Assembly: GCA_001643675.2 (NCBI GenBank)
Contig: LSRY02000083.1
Span: forward strand, 1 to 44,627
Source: Monocercomonoides exilis PA203
Lineage: Eukaryota > Protista > Preaxostyla
Direction of reading: 5' to 3'
Length of the DNA: 44,627 bases
In this document: piece after piece, positions 12,601 through 22,013 of the stretch
How the letters are laid out: each line of letters starts with the position of its first letter
How positions within the stretch are numbered: position 1 is the stretch's first letter
Position numbers and translations under genes: made by a program
Notes under the pieces: generated by a model
Told to the model about the DNA's origin: nothing
The model's database searches: none
The model's input: only the letters and a program-made list of their open reading frames with translations

Positions 12601-14622
12601 TTCCCCTTCCAATCCTTTCTTTTCTTCTCGTGCCACTCCTCCCATTCTGTTCTGTGCACCTCCAAATCTCCCCTTTCCACACGATCCTGTGCCACCACGC
12701 GTATTGCCCCACCTCTTTTCTGCGCTTCCCTTCCTTTCCTCTGCTTTCCCTTTTGATTCATATCCAACACCTGCCCCCTTCCTTCCTTTCCTCCTCTTTT
12801 CTCTGCTCCTGCTCCTGCTTCGGCTCCTGCTTCGGCTCCTGCTTCGGCCTTTGCTCCCATCTCTCTCTCCGCTCCTGCGCCTTCCAGCCTCTTCTCCCGC
12901 CTGCCTGCTCAGCGTCCATCCCTTTGCCACCTTCCCTTTCGGTGCCTGCTTCACGCACACACCCTGCCTCACCCCTCGCCCAAACACATCCCGCCGTGCC
13001 AGAAATGGGTCGCGCAGGGCAAGTGCAGACGATGGCGGAAACAGCTCAAAAGAGTGCGAGAACAAAGATGAAAGAGAAGGCGACGTCGAAGGCGACGAAG
13101 ATGGCGAAGAAGGCACCGAGTCCGCCAAAAGCAGTGCTGGGTCCACCAAAGTGCCTCCCCTTCCACCATCCCACACGCCGCTCCACTCGCCTTCAGATGC
13201 CTCCTGCAGCGCTGATGACGTGCCTGCCAGAGACATTGATGAACCCCCAGGGATTATCCGAGGCAGACTGCTGCTGCCCCATCCTCTCGATTGCGGATGC
13301 TGCACAAACACTGCCTGTTGCTGCTCGCTCATCCCTTCTTCTTCTCCTCCTCCTCCTCCTTTGCTCCAATCAGCTGCGCCTGCGCCCTTCCCTTTCCCTG
13401 CCCCCCCACCATCACTTGCGCTTCGGCTGCTGCTCTCTCCAAGATGGCTGTATTCGATCGCTGCTTCGTGGTCCATCGGGCATTCGTCCCGCACCATCAG
13501 CCTCCGGTCAATGCACTCCGAGTGGAACACATGGCCGCACGCCAGCTGCCGCAGCGATGCCCCTTCCTTCCCGCTTCCTCTGCTTTCCCCTCCCGCTCCC
13601 CCTTTCCCCAAGAGCGCCTGCCGGCACAGCATGCACTCGTCCCGCACCCCGCTTGGCAAAGCTCGCGTGTCTGACGACGGCGCCTGCGTCTCGTCCGACG
13701 GCGGCGGATGCACATAGTCAAACACCTTCGAAATCAGCTCTGCTGTCAGCGGAAATGCCCGCTCCGGCCCTGCCCCTCTCCCCTTCCCTTTCGCTGCCTC
13801 AATCACCCGCGCCTCGCCCTCTGCCCAGTCCCGGCACAAAAGCGTGTGCTGCCCGTGCGCCCCGCTTTTGAAGCACGGCACACACATCCCAAACCCCCGG
13901 CACACACTGCACCTCAGCTCCGGCCCTTTGATCGGCGCCATCCCGCACACACTGCACCTCGTGTTTCCATGCACAAACGGCGACGGCCCACCCCGCGCTG
14001 CCTTCTTCTCATACGGATCCCACGCTGCCCCGCAGTACGGGCAGCACACAGCAAGCCCTGCCCCTTTGTGGAAGCACTGCCACAACAAAATGCACCCCCA
14101 ATGGACACTCAGCCCGCACCCATACCGGCAGAAGCTCAGCCGCTGCCTCCGCTCAAGCCGCTGCTGGCACAGGATGCACACAGTCGTTTCGCTCAGCGCC
14201 TGCTGCTGCACCTCTCCCAATTCCTCCTTTTCTCCTCGCCCCAAACTGCCTACCGGCTGCATCTTCTGCGCCAAATACCCGTCCACCACCGCTGCCAGCT
14301 CGCCCCCTGTGAACCCCCGCTGCCACGACAGGGGGTTGAAGCACGGCACCCGGCACAGCCGCGTGATGACAAATGAAAGGTGAATGCAAAACTCCCCTCT
14401 CCCCACCCTGCACGTGCACCGGTTCAGACACCCGAGCGTGGCGGTGTTTGCTTTCCCGGACGCGTCCCGCACCACAAAAGAAAATGGCGGAATCACACAG
14501 ACCAGCGTGAGCCGAGAATGCTCAGCAAGCGCTTGAATCGTGCTCACTGCTTCGTCTTTCTCCCCGACCCACGCCGCCTCCCGCCGTTCCGCTGCGCACT
14601 CCTTCTGCCCTGCCTGCAGCAT
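9694..14622 (-). CDS. ZSWIM2-like: ZSWIM2/MEX-like E3 ubiquitin ligase (SWIM, RING, ZZ, RING-H2) with a very long low-complexity tail
   Basis: Single ORF of about 1640 aa from the first ATG at 14622. SWIM CTC...CIH; RING CILC...CRYGCGLSVHWGC...CPYC; ZZ CSVCGMAPIKG...CSVCRGFGMCVPCF...H..H; RING-H2 CMLC...LACGHVFHSECID...CPMD. Domain order is that of ZSWIM2. Confidence 0.88.
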   Translation of the reverse strand: MLQAGQKECAAERREAAWVGEKDEAVSTIQALAEHSRLTLVCVIPPFSFVVRDASGKANTATLGCLNRCTCRVGRGEFCIHLSFVITRLCRVPCFNPLSWQRGFTGGELAAVVDGYLAQKMQPVGSLGRGEKEELGEVQQQALSETTVCILCQQRLERRQRLSFCRYGCGLSVHWGCILLWQCFHKGAGLAVCCPYCGAAWDPYEKKAARGGPSPFVHGNTRCSVCGMAPIKGPELRCSVCRGFGMCVPCFKSGAHGQHTLLCRDWAEGEARVIEAAKGKGRGAGPERAFPLTAELISKVFDYVHPPPSDETQAPSSDTRALPSGVRDECMLCRQALLGKGGAGGESRGSGKEGASLRQLACGHVFHSECIDRRLMVRDECPMDHEAAIEYSHLGESSSRSASDGGGAGKGKGAGAADWSKGGGGGEEEGMSEQQQAVFVQHPQSRGWGSSSLPRIIPGGSSMSLAGTSSALQEASEGEWSGVWDGGRGGTLVDPALLLADSVPSSPSSSPSTSPSLSSLFSHSFELFPPSSALALRDPFLARRDVFGRGVRQGVCVKQAPKGKVAKGWTLSRQAGEEAGRRRSGERDGSKGRSRSRSRSRSRSRSREKRRKGRKGAGVGYESKGKAEERKGSAEKRWGNTRGGTGSCGKGRFGGAQNRMGGVAREEKKGLEGEMEETAGERGELARDGGKVDEREEGGGDGRGEGGGGGRREMKEEEEEEEEEKGAGHGVGREKKDQERHSESRKGEEKKRKKKQKQKQKQKKRFEEVGIESRAFGKAKQQGIGLLLRGRLIEGQGKGEAGDWKGGAGKWSSRSQARGQRGAAISPFGNGKDEPRSTVPAVRLLSTPRSTRLGCSGWSPAPTAKQGVGALKGLPSGIDGVGGSGRTERGVERRGLKEQKAGTVVEERELGRAKTDRGKGDVRKLSSMQTEMSPAIIRGIVPLFVGKAARGGMGRCEGRGKGESRRKGEEEGEKALREERREKASRRKKEEEIEEENEEEIDVNVGEGDGWGGGWRKDRQSIIVEAGKCEHRKERKEEGASTAVTAAPFPLPFGKSSEEGYQEEAQAGKRRELEACLGGLGGCGESGGKRPKVERCLGQDEGEWGFEGQHGQIRQGRTVQLHCGGESAFVGGSMQQRQWLGGAEQKRGKEAERAWKRPKSQGDAGLWEESGSVAIDGVDAEHGKERPMGGVGERLGGGGRPLRWLRGLPRNRSALPWSTPSSLAALNSAGAAVGERSLVCAPLHDAQAEAPPHLLPDISSAQHGPVAGRKDGRRRMEVQVEESGDGSFCSGTQTAQMPQRRRGGLGSSMLAASTGPGAPATTPVEEVEDGMEMLWKEEGGGDFWSERRKRRGKRKERLEEEEEERERSEVLPLGHREWSKADDGDSVVVEESDGREGCLSEGARAGLGLARLSGDGAGESESVLPLMQHTVQGVDAVLHNAGEAIGAEAGAGCLASSNNSPKGEHASSSFQQSSFASLVEKSGSAADAGAFGEQHLCVTGCGEERVLEVGAFGEERGGERGGGEVEGQSRVRGMGDRKAACPVSALGTADRQKRAKQTKQTGSQTPGRKGPSSLHLLADEVCRVPPLIQMRQLLRTPSHSLLKTLSSPSLSPSSSSILPLANAQGAGDLSVVGRMVGLERSK
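12803..12850 (-). repeat. Coding 12/6-bp repeat encoding an (RS)n tract
   Basis: ctcctgcttcgg units giving RSRSRSRSRSRSRSR; mirrored at about 27363-27410. Confidence 0.85.
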
Positions 14623-14938
14623 CCCTGATGCACTCTGTCCAAGATAAGCCCGCTTCAAATACTCCAGATATATTGTTATGGGCTCTCTTTTTCTTCTTCA
14701 ATTTTCAAACACATTCTCTATCACACGCAAACATTTCATACAAAATTTATTGCATATTATTCAATCACAAGCAACCATCCGCTTTGCAGATTGCTCATCC
14801 CAATCCGAAAACAACAGAAATACAAAATATATTTTCTTTTCTTTTCTTTTTCTTTTTCTATATTGTTTTTTCAAAATAAAACTCTAAAAACAGAAGCATA
14901 AAACAAAAGGACAACTTTTTGTTGAAAACTCCGAGCAA

Positions 14939-16390
14939 TTAGCATCTTTGCCGAATCGAAGGAAGAAGCACAACAAGTGGAGTTGAGTGTTTCTCAAAAA
15001 TGATTTGAGAAAACAGCAAAAAAGTCAGAAGCGCAAGAAAAGCTGTGAGGGATATGCTTTTCAAACAGCAGGCAAATCTTGTTTTAAAATGGGTGCGGAA
15101 ATGAGCAATGAAAAGCAGAAGAGCATGCCTTGAAATGAGCATTCCACGTTCAGAGACACACACAAAAAAATTAATAAACAAATAAAAAAAGCAGAAAAAG
15201 AAAGAGATGTGCATTACAGAGTTGGTGCATGGGCCGTTGCTAAGCCATGTCGTGGCAATGCAGAAACCGAAAATTCGCGCTTTCCACAATCAAAAAGCAG
15301 GATGCCTCTTCATCTCATGAATGTCTTCTCCAACCAAAAGAAAGCCACACGAAATGATGGATAGGTTCTTGAAAGAAATGCAATCGCTGCAGCATTCTCT
15401 CACATTATGCTGCAGAATGCCATCTTCAAACACCATAGTACACTTTGGCAACAAACCCGTCTCAAGCACCACCAAATCCTCACCCAGCCCAAAAGCAGCA
15501 CATGTACTACGAGAACAGACAGCGAGGCATGAAGAACCTGTTTTGTACTTGTGCGGCACAACACAGGCACCTGACCAATTAAAAATCAAATCAGTTGAAA
15601 TGCCAACAATTGCAGCATTTGCAACAGACGAAATATACGGTTGGAGCTGTTCTCAAAGAAGATAATGACGCTGCAGACAAAGCATTTTGCAAGTCGCAGC
15701 ACAGCCACAGAACAGAAGGAAGTGTTCCATTTTTGAGAAGTTTTGATTCCAACAGAAAGAAGGAATGAACAGATTATCGAGGAAATGTCCTTTCATTCAC
15801 TTGCAGGTGCAAATTGTGTCCAGATGAATCCAATGAAGTCTGACAATCTTTCCTTTGGTTTGTCCGAAGAAGATTGCGCAATTGGAAAGAGTCCAATGAA
15901 AGCAAATTGTATTATGACTTTGCATCCATTTTGTTGGTTCAACAACCGAAATTGCTTGTTCATTTCTTCCATTCGTATCGCATCCTCAGCGCTTGCAGTA
16001 TTGAAAAAAATCTTTCTGGTACAATGCCTACAGGTGATTTATTGCAAAGATGCCTTCGCCACGTTCTTCCTCCAACTTCCTTTCTACTGAAAGAAAATCA
16101 CTGTCATCATCAAAAACGTTCAATAAAAAAGTCAATCAATGTGTGATCGTTTCCGATTGTAATTATCTTGTTGAGAATCGAAACTTGAAACCTCATTGTT
16201 GTGGCTGACTTTATCAACATATCTTGAAAATTCCATTTCTTAACTGTCAAAGATACACTCGCACTTGAACCATGAATCTTCGTTCATCTGCTCGTTTACT
16301 GATTTTTGCTTTTCCTTCATTCAAATGGTCAAGCTCATGCCTTTGACCACTCATTCTTTTTACATTTTTCGATATTCATTTCTTTCATAA
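14939..16390 (-). pseudogene. Possible decayed gene of unknown family
   Basis: Intermediate-GC, complex sequence with partially open minus-strand frames (15290-15589, 14939-15289) and an intron-like GT..AG T-rich segment near 15128-15217; multiple stops; no motif recognised. Confidence 0.25.
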
Positions 16391-16923
16391 TTTTTGGTAG
16401 CGGACTACCTTTTTGAAGCAATAAAGGTGGAAAAAAATTGTGATTTCAAAAACATTTCAAGCAAGCAACATTATGAGAATCTTGTTTTCAGTCTGAATCT
16501 GATTCCACCAAAAATGAGAAAGACTCTTTATTTTTCTTCCATATTATTTCATTCCTTGTTACAAATATCTTGCTCAAATTTCAATTTCTATGAAAAAAAT
16601 ATGTTGTAGGCTCTAAATTCAGATGTTAAGTTCTTTTTGAAACAAAAAATACAAAGTTAAATCAAACAACAGTTATTTCTTCAGAATTCATGTTGGTTTG
16701 ATCAAAGAGAAAGTTAAGAACAAGCTTCCATTTTTTCTGGTCAGGATCGTGGCTTCATTGGACCTTCTTTTTTTTCCTTCTTATTTTGCAAAGAAAAGTG
16801 ACTTGCGTTGGAGCTGCAAACAATTTATTTTGCAAGAAAATCAATGATGTTTGTATTTGTTTGTTATTGTGCAAATAAACAAAACTTTTTGCCCATTTTG
16901 AACACTTTTTTGCTATAAATAGG

Positions 16924-18367
16924 ATGACATTGCATACTAGTAATAAGTGTGATGATGAGATTCAAGAATTGCCCCAAACAAAAAAGTTTTTGAGTTTGTG
17001 CATAAAGCTTTATCTTAAAAATTGTTCTGTTTCTATTTTTTAATGATCATTGAAGAATTGCTTGATCAGTTGGAGTGTTACGCGGAAACCGAACAGAAGC
17101 AGAAAATTGAAGAGATGAATGGACTTATTGATGAAATGAATCAAAAAGAATTTGAATTAACATTTACAGAGGTACTGTTCAACAAAATCTATGAACTGAT
17201 CAAAGAAAAGAAGCTGCATTGTGAAAATGCAATTTTGCTGCTGAAGCGCATTGGATGTTGCTTAACGCTGAAAAATGTGTGGAATCGATGCTTCGAAAAA
17301 TCTATGTTGAGCAAAAGATTTGAAAAGATGATAATTGAAGAAGATCAGAAAAAAGAGGGAAAGAACGAAAAACTACTTGCTGGCCTCTGTGAATGCTATT
17401 TATTGTGTAAACATTTTAGTTTTGAAGAAGAATTGCTTTCAATTTGCATTCCTCACGTTTTGAAAATTGCTTCAAACAAGGAGGAAGGCATTGAAGTACA
17501 AAAGGAAGTTGAAATGGCCCTGTTTGCTTTGAGAAGCATTAGTTCATTAACGGTATGAACTTGCAAATTAACTTTGTGATGTTTGTAATTTTTACTTTTT
17601 TTTTAAAATAGAGAATCGAAAAAGATCAATTTGTGAATGAAATTAAAGAGATCATCGAACATCATCAGAAGCATCAAAATTTGACACGACTTGCATATCG
17701 GTCTGCTTGGCAGTTTTTTATCAACAGATTAATTTTCAACGATAGTTTGGAAGAAATGATTGTGAATGAACTACATTTTGTGAGGGAGGTAACAAGAGAA
17801 CTGGAAGATCTTTCAAAATGCGTTGATTGGAAGAGGAAAAAAGGAGAGAAAGGAGAGAAAGAAGTGAATGCTTTGGTGGAATGGCTTCGAACGTTGAATG
17901 CCTACTCTTTCGCATGCAAGTTGTGGAATGAAAAGTTTTCAACAATGATATGTTCTCTTGATAAGATTTGTCGAGCAGCAAGAGAGAAGGATAGAAAAAT
18001 CTTTGAAGAGTGCATTTGTATCTTTGTACAGCTAGCAAAAAATGAAATGACAAGCGCTGATTGTTTGCAAAAGGGAGATAGTTTTGATCTGATTTTTCTG
18101 GAAATTCAAGAATCAACATTGGAAGACAGAATGACAAGAAGTTGCTTGGGTATATTTTTGAAAATTTCTGAAAGACTGAAAGAAAACGCAGATAAGAGAT
18201 GTTCAAAAGCAGAATGGAAGAAAATGAAAAGACGGATTTTTGAAATGATGGAGAAAGAAGGATTCGAGGATATTATTACGTGCCTTCGCGAGACATTCGC
18301 GACTTTTAATAAAGTTTATTTTCCTGTTTTACCTTTAAATATTGATGATTTTTTCGTTAATGCTTAA
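16924..18367 (+). CDS. Member of a lineage-expanded Monocercomonoides-type helical protein family, 3 exons, intact
   Basis: Exons 16924-16993, 17056-17552 and 17612-18367 join in frame through GT-AG introns. Signature segments EQKQKIEEMN, ENAILLLK, QKEVEMAL, NLTRLAY.SAW.F, IVNELHF, MEKEGFEDII. Family assignment is from recall, not a search. Confidence 0.88.
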
Positions 18368-18762
18368 GGAATTCGAAAGATTTTTAAGTTGTAACTCCAA
18401 ATTTTAAGATATTTCATCATTTCACAAAATCCTATGAATTTCAAAAACGGAATGTAATAATCCATTGGAAGTTTCATTTCTTTTATCATTTTGTCAATTG
18501 TATCTAAAAGTTCTTTTGTGAAAATTGATTGAACATCATCGCTATTCATGGCAAGTATTAGTTTAATCATTTCTTCAATTTTCTGTTTCTGTTCATCGTT
18601 ATTGCAATCTTCCAGCTCATGAAGCAATTCTATTAAAAATAAGCAAATAAGAAGTTCAATCGCCATGAATTCAAAGGAAACTGTGATAACAGACCAGCGA
18701 ATTTGTTACAGTTATTCATTACCTGCTTTTCAAAAGAGCAGGGTATTTGTCAAATATTCCAT
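18364..18762 (-). pseudogene. 3'-truncated convergent paralogue of the 16924-18367 gene
   Basis: LLHELEDCNNDEQKQKIEEMIKL...FTKELLDTIDKMIKEMKL aligns with the neighbour's exon 2. Intron 18694-18630 is at the same position and phase (ag|AA TTG CTT). Only about 90 codons of exon 2 remain, and the ATG at 18762 is out of frame. Confidence 0.85.
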
Positions 18763-19488
18763 TTTTATTATTCAAATGAAAAACAAACATTATCAGAGAG
18801 AAATAAAAAAAGCGATGAATTAAAACTCAAAACAGCCATGAAAATATAAGCGCTCACACTATCCCTTTATGTATTTGCGCGTTTACCAAGGAATGATAAA
18901 TAGATAGAGAAATGGAAATCTTCTCTCACTTGCAGTTATGGATGCAGTGATCGAATCACAATTTTTGTTCGTTTTTAAATGTCCGCGAAACGAGAGATCG
19001 TCAAATGCGATTCATCTTTGGATTGCATGAATTAATTCCTGCGATGGAATGAAACATTGAGAAAATTCATTGAATGTTGAATTTTGTGAAACAATATTTT
19101 TCAAAAGCAATTCCGATGGAAATGCATTTTCTGAAGTTATAAATGAAGATAACCAAGTGTTTGAACTTTTGCAGTTTTTGTTTTTAATATTAACATTTTC
19201 ATTTTACAGCCTTTTTAAAGCTTGAAATTTGACAAATGATAAATATTGACAATATTTTCTTTGCTGAGCAGAATACGGAAGAAGCGATTGGATAGCCTCA
19301 TAACATATTTTGCAAAGGAGAATATCGAAGGATTATATGTTTTATCAATCTCTGCCTTTCTGCTCGAGACACAGGAATACAATGAAAAATAAATTTGAGA
19401 AAGACTGAAGGAGACTGGGGAAGATATCTATGAAGAAAGGTTGAATGGCTAATATCTATGAGATGATATTTTATTTAGGAGAGAGGGG

Positions 19489-19791
19489 ATGTTTAAAGAA
19501 TTAGTTGGAAAGATTGAGGCAAATGACTGTAACAGGACATTGGAAGCAGTTGCTACAGAACACGGCGACTTTCTTGGGATGAGAAGGGCAAGCCATTACT
19601 TTTATGGGCCAAAGAGAGCGATGGAACTGGATTTCATTGTTTGGCTCAAGAAACAAAAATACAAGAAAATCTTGGAGCTTGGCAACAGGCAAGCAGCTGG
19701 GGATGAGTTACAGGAAAAATGGATTGAAATCATTTATTCCTTGTTTCCAGTCTTATGCCATCGAAAGATTTTTCATTTCAGCAGAGAATGA
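19489..19791 (+). CDS. Hypothetical 100-aa ORF or gene fragment
   Basis: ATG-initiated ORF with complex sequence; upstream same-frame sequence contains stops; no motif. Confidence 0.25.
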   Translation: MFKELVGKIEANDCNRTLEAVATEHGDFLGMRRASHYFYGPKRAMELDFIVWLKKQKYKKILELGNRQAAGDELQEKWIEIIYSLFPVLCHRKIFHFSRE

Positions 19792-20234
19792 AGTTATTTT
19801 TTTTGAGTCTATTCTCCAACAGATAATATCAGACATTTGAGATCTCAAAATCATCTTCATCGTCTTTTTCATCGTCTTCTTCGGCCTCATCATTATTATC
19901 TTCACCATCAATTTTTCATTTTTGCATCTCCAACAAACATCAAAATTTTCATGTTAACTTCATCTTCTTTATGCTCGATTATTTATCATCTTCTTATTCA
20001 ACCTCATCGTCATCGCCTTCATCACCTTCGGCAAGTTTGTCATCTTCCTTTTTTGCCCTTCTGTCAATTCTTCTTCTTCCTTTTTCTTCTTATTTCTCAT
20101 CCTCTTCCTCTTCTTCTCATCATCAGAATCTTTGATAAAGGCAGACTGATAAGGATACAAGATCAGTGAATGAAAGACTATCTTTCAAGTACATTCACTC
20201 CAAAAAGATATCTTCCATCCTAATTTCAATTAAT

Positions 20235-20235
<1 letters not shown>

Positions 20236-20302
<67 letters not shown>
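20236..20302. repeat. A43 homopolymer followed by (GA)12
   Basis: Counted directly: A 20236-20278, GA 20279-20302. Confidence 0.95.
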
Positions 20303-20303
<1 letters not shown>

Positions 20304-20503
20304 CTTTTGCTTTGTTATTTATTTTATGAAAGGCAAAAATTAGCAACAAAAAGAGAAGTGAATGCAGAAGGAAAGCCAAACTTCACTTTAGATAACTTCA
20401 TCTTTCATTCTTTCCTTGTTGTTGTTAGAAGCAAATCAGAGCAAAAAAGATGGTCCATCTTCTTCGTCTTTGCCGACTTCTATCTTACCAGCTTCAGCTT
20501 CAA

Positions 20504-20602
20504 CATCTCACTCATCTCATTCATCTCATTCATCTCATTCATCTCATTCATCTCATTCATCTCATTCATCTCATTCATCTCATTCATCTCATTCATCTCA
20601 TT
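20504..20602. repeat. 9-bp minisatellite (CATCTCATT) x11
   Basis: Ten perfect copies at 20513-20602 plus one variant (CATCTCACT); reads (NEM)n on the minus strand. Confidence 0.95.
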
Positions 20603-20715
20603 CTCTTTCTTCTTTTTATTCAATATCTCAATCATTTAATTGTATTTTTAACATCAAAAGCCCACAAGTTAATATCTCAACAAGCTTTGACGATTGATTT
20701 GAAATGTTTGTTTTT

Positions 20716-20720
<5 letters not shown>

Positions 20721-20778
<58 letters not shown>
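20721..20778. repeat. (TC)29 microsatellite
   Basis: Directly visible. Confidence 0.95.
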
Positions 20779-20780
<2 letters not shown>

Positions 20781-22013
20781 AAAAAGCTATTTAAAACTTA
20801 AAAAATATATTTAATTTGAAAATGAAGCATCCAACAAGATATATTATGCTTCATTCTGTATGAATGCTGATATGCAAAGTAGAAATGCACAAGGAAAAAC
20901 AACACGAAAAATATGTGTCAATCTTTCTTCTTCTTCTTCTTCTTAATTTTTATTCGATCAAAGGGCTTCTTCAACCCTCTTTTTGTGAAAGCCTGTCCAA
21001 CACAATAAGTATTTTGTGATTTCTTCTTCTTCGTTCAATAGTTTTGTGACTTATTTGGAGATCCTTCACAAAAGATGTAATTATTGGAAGATATTCATTT
21101 TATTCATACAATCTTCTACCAAACTGATTCAAAGGGACGTTTGAGCAAACAATAGTATCGCAAATAATCTTTGGCACTTCTGCAGAGAAAGATAAAGAAA
21201 GAAAAAAGAAGAAAATGGATGAAAGTTTTTGAAAAGATATTCCATATAAAGAACCTTAACTGTTTATAACCGTTAAAAAGATGACTTTAAAATATTTGTA
21301 TATTTGAAGTATTTTCCTTTTTATTTGTTTATGGTGCATATTGATCAAACTTGATATTTTTTCAAATGATAATGGGACATAATATTTTTTTAAATCTTAA
21401 ATATTGACTAACATCTGCACTAATAATAAAAGTTAATAGAAATTTTGAACTGTTGAATTTGAACAAAGCTTTCTCATTGAAAAAACTTAATTTTTATTTT
21501 TGTCAAATAATAAATATTTATTGCTTCAAGAACATTAGACAACCACAAAAATATGTGTCAGACATTAAAATAAAATCTGATCAAGACAAAGTTATTAAAA
21601 CAATTTTTTGAATTAGTCTGGGATGGAATAAGTGTTCTTTTTTTGAAAATAGAAAATTCTGTTTTATGAATTATTATGAATGAAAACAAATTTTCACTTT
21701 TTTTTTCACATTCAATATAACAACTTGTTTATTTTTAATGAAAATTTCATTTGTATTAATAGCAAAAACAAAAAGATTTGAAAACAAATAATTCAAGAGT
21801 TTTCAGAGAAAAATTAAAATTGCTTTCAAAAATCGTTTATATCGATTACAACACCTTTGAATTAATTAATTGAATAAAAACAATTTTTATTATTTGAATC
21901 TTTATTTATTAATTAATTTTCATGAAAAATAAATTATTTTTTGATCAACTTTTCGTTAAAATTTCAAGTTTTTTTTTTCTAATTCTCATAGTCCCGCTCC
22001 AATTCTGTTCATT

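Larger units (their letters stand above)
1..14713. repeat. Left arm of giant inverted duplication (may extend beyond window start)
   Basis: Position 1 (acaggatttttgcatattttttt) is the reverse complement of sequence ending at 40206. The ORF track is mirrored (e.g. 1388..1738- equals 38465..38815+). Near-perfect identity runs to 14704/25512, then one mismatch and 8 more matching bases to 14713/25503. Confidence 0.97.

Noticed and set aside
10228-13871. Long Pro/Ser/Leu-rich antisense ORFs (also 533-1761, 26540-29922, 40627-43785)
   Set aside because: Shadow ORFs opposite purine-rich coding strands, which are depleted of stop codons.
14901-14920. aaacaaaagga...actttt resembling the fold-back terminus at 25100-25116
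   Set aside because: About 11 bp of A-rich match with no flanking similarity; expected by chance.
18364-18367. piggyBac TTAA target site
   Set aside because: TTAA is frequent in AT-rich DNA; no matching TIRs or transposase.
20236-20278. Retroposon poly(A) tail
   Set aside because: No TSD or retro-element body seen; on the minus strand it reads as a polypyrimidine tract before a plausible acceptor (aaattag).
20504-20602. CRISPR-like or telomeric array
   Set aside because: Head-to-tail 9-mers with no spacers, internal location and no G-run telomere motif.
20970-21180. Histone-fold-like fragment on the minus strand (LPIITSFVKDL)
   Set aside because: Only a short resemblance to H2B IMNSFVND; flanks do not align and there is an internal stop.
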